DNA of 64,000 nt. It comes from Azolla caroliniana. Taxonomy: Eukaryota > Plantae > Polypodiophyta. The stretch spans positions 16,306,001 to 16,370,000 of the forward strand of contig JBHGNT010000016.1 of NCBI GenBank assembly GCA_043228905.1, read 5' to 3'. Positions 59,144 to 64,000 of this stretch are shown piece by piece (the first letter of the stretch is position 1; each line of letters begins with the position of its first letter). A program made the translations under genes and the position numbers. The notes below the pieces were generated by a model that did no database searches, was not told where the DNA came from, and saw nothing but the letters and a program-made list of their open reading frames with translations.

Positions 59144-62100
59144 GGATGACTTCTTGTCCTTGGATGGAGAGCAACTGGCGACAGTAAGGCAGCTGGTGGA
59201 ACAACTGGATGATGACCAGCTAGATACCCAACTGTTGGGAGACAGGTCCCTCCGGATGGGAAGGGAGAGGAAGAGTGCCGACGAACAGACTCAGCCGAGG
59301 CCGAGAGGCCGAGGCCGAAACGGTATGAGGAGTACCCGGCTACGGAGAGCCGGATGATACAGACCCGGTATGAACCGGATGAGGAGTACCCGGCTACGGA
59401 GAGCCGGATGGTGCAGGCCCGGTATGAACCGGATGAGGAGTACCCGACTACGGAGAGCCGGATGGTGCAGACCCGGTATGAACCGGATGAGGAGTACCCG
59501 GCTACGGAGAGCCGGATGGTGCAAGCCCGGTATGAACCGGAGGAAGAGACATATTCGTAAATATGTTTCTGAGAGCCCATTGTGGCTATATTTGTAAATA
59601 GCCAAAAAGTCATATTAGTATAAATATGACTTAGGGCAAACTAACATTATGTTGTTGTTATTTTTCTTGTTGGTGCAAGAAGCAGAGACAACACGTAACG
59701 TTGTACAGAGAGAGTGAGAGAGAGAAAGAGGTCGCTGCCTCTGTTATAACCGCCGCCTGTGGCGAAGATCGTGAGTCCGAGGTCGTTGCCTCCGTGAACT
59801 CACTGTTTTGTACATTCATACATAGTGACAGTTTGCAGCCTGTGGGCTGCCGTGGTTTTTTCCCCTAGTTTGGGGTTTTCCACGTTAACCTCCTGTGTAC
59901 TCTTCCTCTCCTTTGGTTCGTGTTCTATTTCCCGTTCTTCTGTGTATCATTCTAAGCTCGGTTGTGGCCGAGCGTTGCGCATAAGGAACGTTGGTTTCCC
60001 GTCACCAACTTCAGTTTGAGCGATAGGAACGGGAGCGGAGCTGGCAAATCGCGGCTAAAAGGACAACAATAATTAACATTAGTGACGGAGAACAATCTTC
60101 GGAGCAGCAACCGAATGAAACCGGAGCCGGAGGGAACCAACCAACCAAAGCTCAAGTAGAGCAACCGAATGTAGCCGGAGCCGGAGGGAGCTAGCCAACT
60201 GAAGTTCAAGTGGAGCAACTGGAAGTAGTCCAACTGAAGGAGCCAGTGGTAACCGAAAGCCAATGGCAGGAGGAGCTAAGGATGGAAGAACTGGAGAAGG
60301 AAGTGCCCAGACCCATGGAGTCGGAAAGGAATGGAGCCGAAAAGGAGGAACAAACCAAAAAGGAGGAACAAGCCGGACATTCGGCGCTGGAATGCACCAT
60401 GCATTCCCAATGCTTACTCTGCCACTCTAGAAGTCACACAATGGAACGATGTGAGTATAACCTGTTAAATCGGCAAGAACCACCGGTCCGGCAAATTAAA
60501 CCACAGAGAAAACAGGAGGAAGAAGAAGAACGCTGGCGGCAAGAGGAGTGCTATCGACCGGCACAAGATGTCCGGTACAGCGATCGAAGAGACGCTTATG
60601 ACTGGTATGACAGACAGGATAGAGATCGGGACTATAATGGACGGTACGAGAGATACATCCAGGATCACTCCCCTGGTTACAACCACCGACGGGACGACTA
60701 TGCCAAGTATGACGACCAACACCGTCAAGGTTACCAAAACAAAAAGAATTTCAAGAAACTTCATTTCAACAAAAAGGGGGGTCATCCACGGGAACCGGAA
60801 AAGGGTGCTCCAAGCAGCCAACCAGACCAAAACCAAGCACTTACCACAAAACCTCCACCAAGCACACACGCCGAATGCAGCAACACCCAAAAGCCGTACT
60901 GCTATTATTGCCGACAAGAAGGCCACTATAGTAATCAATGTCCAGCGAAGAGCTACGACAAGCGACCAGCGGTGAACATGGTAGACGCAGAAGTCGCGGA
61001 CATACAACAAGCCACTACAAGATCAAAAGGCAAAGCCACAGAGTGGGAAACTCAGGAAGCCATCCGGAAGCAGGCAACAGAATGGGTGAAGAAGGCAAAT
61101 GAGCGGAATGCGGCAGAGCTCGAACAACAAAAGGAGAATGCCGAAGAGCTCACCGGCCCAAGGTAGCCCGAAAACCCAACATGGCAAGTGTTACAAGAAT
61201 GCCAAATAACGCTGCCGTTAGGCCGGCTTTTGCAACTAGTACCACGCTTCACGGAAGGACTGAAGACAAGAAGGACGGCAGCTGACACACCACTGGCTCC
61301 AGCATTCTTTTCGAATCCGGAGGAAGGACCGGCAGTGATGGATACGAGCAGTCCGGCAATCACAACCATCGTGAAAGGAAATGAGCTACCGAGCACGATT
61401 ATCGATGGAGGATCCAGTGTGAACGTGATCAGCCTCTGAACGTGTAACACTCTAGGAATCCATGACTGGAAACTGTGCCCGTTTTGGCTTCGGATGGTGG
61501 ACACCAGCTCAGTACGGCTGACCGGATTAATACGTGATCTGGAAGTGACCATCCGGGGTCACACATTTCACATTTCCGCAGTAGTTCTCCAGCTACAGGC
61601 TCAGGGAGCTTACCCACTACTGTTGAGATGCCCTTGGTTAAAAACAACACACATAAAGCAAAACTGGAGGAAGAATATAATTACGTTCCGACGTGGAAAA
61701 GCGAAAGTACGAGTACCGACTCAACCACGATCCGGTACCGGCAAGGAATCAACACCACTATATACGGAATGTGTCAACATGTTGGAAGGATTGGCGGACA
61801 ATACTTAGAGGAAAATCCGAAGATCGTACCTCTGTTCAAGATTGATGTAGCCGAAGCAGTATCACCATACATACTACAACTGGACGGAACCGACAAGGAA
61901 CTGGATAAAGAAGCAATACAGGAATTACGGCAAGCACAGGAGGCATTGGAAAAAGAAATGGCAGTATCGCAGCGCGTGAAGGCATCCCAACTAGAAGAGG
62001 TAAACCTAGGTACCACAGAGGACACAAGACAGGTGCACATCGCCAAGGAAATGACGCCGGAGAACAAAACGGCAATGATCACACTCCTAAAAGAATTTTG

Positions 62101-64000
62101 CGATGTGTTCGCTTGGTCCTACAAGGACATGTCGGGACTCGATCCTCAGTTGTATCAACACCAGATACATCTGAGCAAAGATGCCAAACCGGTAGCGCAA
62201 CGACGTTACCGGATGAACCCGAATTACGCGACAAAAGTCAAAGAAGAAATCGACAAGTTGCTAAGAGTGGGCTTCATCCTACCGGTAAAGAAAGCCACAT
62301 GGCTCAGCCTGATAGTCGTAGTACCCAAAAACAATGGTAAGATAAGAGTGTGCGTCGACTACCGGAAATTGAATGCGGCTACGATAACAAACGGTTTTCC
62401 ACTTCCATTCATGGATGGAGTCCTGGATGTGGTCGCCGGTCATAAGGTGTACAGTTTTCTAGACGGTTTCAGCGGCTATAATCAGATCTGGATGCACCCT
62501 GCCGACCAGGAGAAAACTGCTTTTGTCACCGAATAGGGAGTCTTTGTTGCTGTAGTGATGATGTTCGGACTGAAAATGGCGTCGACAACCTTCTAGCGGA
62601 TCATCATGGAGATTTTCGGAGAATTCATTCCGGCATTCATGCAGGTGTTCTTGGACGACTTCACTATTTATAGCCAGGAAGGGGATCACCTTTAGCACCT
62701 TCGACTATGTCTCGAGAAATGTAGGGTTTATCAACTAAGCCTGAACCTGGCAAAATGCTTGTTCGGAGTAACCGGCAGAGCGTTACTAGGCCACATATTG
62801 AGCAAGGACGGTATCGTAGTGGATCCGGACAAAGTAAAAGCAATCCTGGAGGCACCGGCACCAACCACGACAAAAGCACTAAGCCGGTTCTTAGGACAAA
62901 TTCGGTGGCATAGCCGAATGCTCCGGTATCTGGCAGACCTGGCTACACCATTGAATGGCGCGGTACATCGGACACTGTTCCGATGGACGGACACAGAAGA
63001 CCAGGCTTATCGGGCACTAAAAGTACTGTTGTCACAAGCGCCGGTGGTGCAACCTCCGGATTGGTCTAAAGAGTTCCATGTGTTCGTTGACACGTCCGAC
63101 ATCGCAATCGGGAGCGCACTAATGCAACTGACAGAACTGAAATGGTACCGGCCAGTCTATTATGCCAGCCGAAAGCTGTCCCAAGCGGAACGGAATTATT
63201 CCACAACGGAAAGGGAGGCCTTGGGTATGATCTATAGTGTCACCAAGTTTAGACACTATTTGTTGGGAAGGAAATTTTCCTTTCGCGTAGATCATTCGGC
63301 GCTCCTCTACTTGGTGTCCAAAGCATCACTCACCGGTAAGCTGGCCCGGTGGACGTTACTATTGCAAGAATTCGAGTTCGAGATATTCCACCGACCCGGC
63401 ATACAACATGCGGTAGCAGACTATTTAAGCTGGTTGGATTCATGTGAACCCGGTGACGGAGTCCCAGACGACTTTCCGGATGCTGAGCTGTTTAGAATCA
63501 TAGTAGAAACGGCAACGAATAGTACGGTCGCAGAGGAAGACAAGTGGCTCACCAACATGCACCAATTTCTGAGCATCGGCTTACCTCCGAAGGAGATGAA
63601 CAGAGACGAAAGGAAACGCTTAGCCATTCAAAGCCGACATTTCTGTCTATTACAGGACACACTGTACCACAAAGGCGCAGATGGCATATGGGGGCGTGCA
63701 ATGCGCAACGATGAAAAGGGAATAATATTGTGCGAAGCACACTGCGGCGTGGCTGGAGGACATTATGCCGGAGACGCTACGACAGGATAAATATGGTAGA
63801 GTGGACTATGGTGGCCGAAAACATTGAAGGATGTAGTCCGGTACGCTAAAGAATGCGACCTAGTCAACGACTGGGCCAACCAACCAAACAAGCCAGAATG
63901 CCAAGCCAGCACGTGCTACTGTTAGAACCATTTCAGAAATGGGGGCTAGATTTTGTCGGTCCATTCAAACCACCGGCAATGAGAACCGACAACCGGTACG
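59144..64000 (+). mobile_element. Element G3: G1-related Gypsy gag-PR-RT-RH-INT, degenerate, runs off the window
   Basis: CYYCRQEGHYSNQC, IIDGGS, LDGFSGYNQI, FLDD, YSTTEREAL, HCGVAGGH. The capsid region appears deleted near 60370. Confidence 0.9.
59233..60004 (+). mobile_element. Solo LTR F2 with about four 54-bp tandem repeats
   Basis: Same family as 26021-26832, TSD CCAAC on both sides. Confidence 0.93.

Noticed and set aside
59233-60004. This LTR as the 5' LTR of G3
   Set aside because: It is flanked by TSD CCAAC and followed by no PBS, so it is a solo LTR inserted into G3.

Overview
Eukaryotic plant genomic DNA. The retroelement lineages suggest a non-seed plant such as a fern, which is an inference. 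The window is mostly LTR-retrotransposon and LINE sequence around one apparently intact host gene, a 5-exon aldo-keto reductase (45478-47149, about 347 aa). Bases 3.7-32.8 kb form a five-deep nest resolved by LTR pairs and target-site duplications (TSDs): Athila-like Gypsy G1 > non-autonomous Copia C1 > [near-intact Copia C2; chromovirus A > gag-only element D > (gag-only element E; solo LTR F)]. Main observations: (1) the TGTCG...CGACA LTR lineage makes 4-bp TSDs centred on CpG; (2) element E has LTRs identical in R but strongly different in U3, although it is among the youngest insertions and has a perfect TSD; (3) the chromovirus family has a self-priming PBS with a compensatory base change between copies, and a -1 frameshift site with a predicted pseudoknot; (4) antisense tRNA-like A/B boxes sit in U3 of two unrelated Gypsy families; (5) three Copia elements carry a duplicated PPT, and two of them share a post-RNase H protein extension; (6) several near-perfect foldbacks occur, and diverged direct repeats bracket the AKR gene. 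All alignments and counts were made by eye and no database searches were run.
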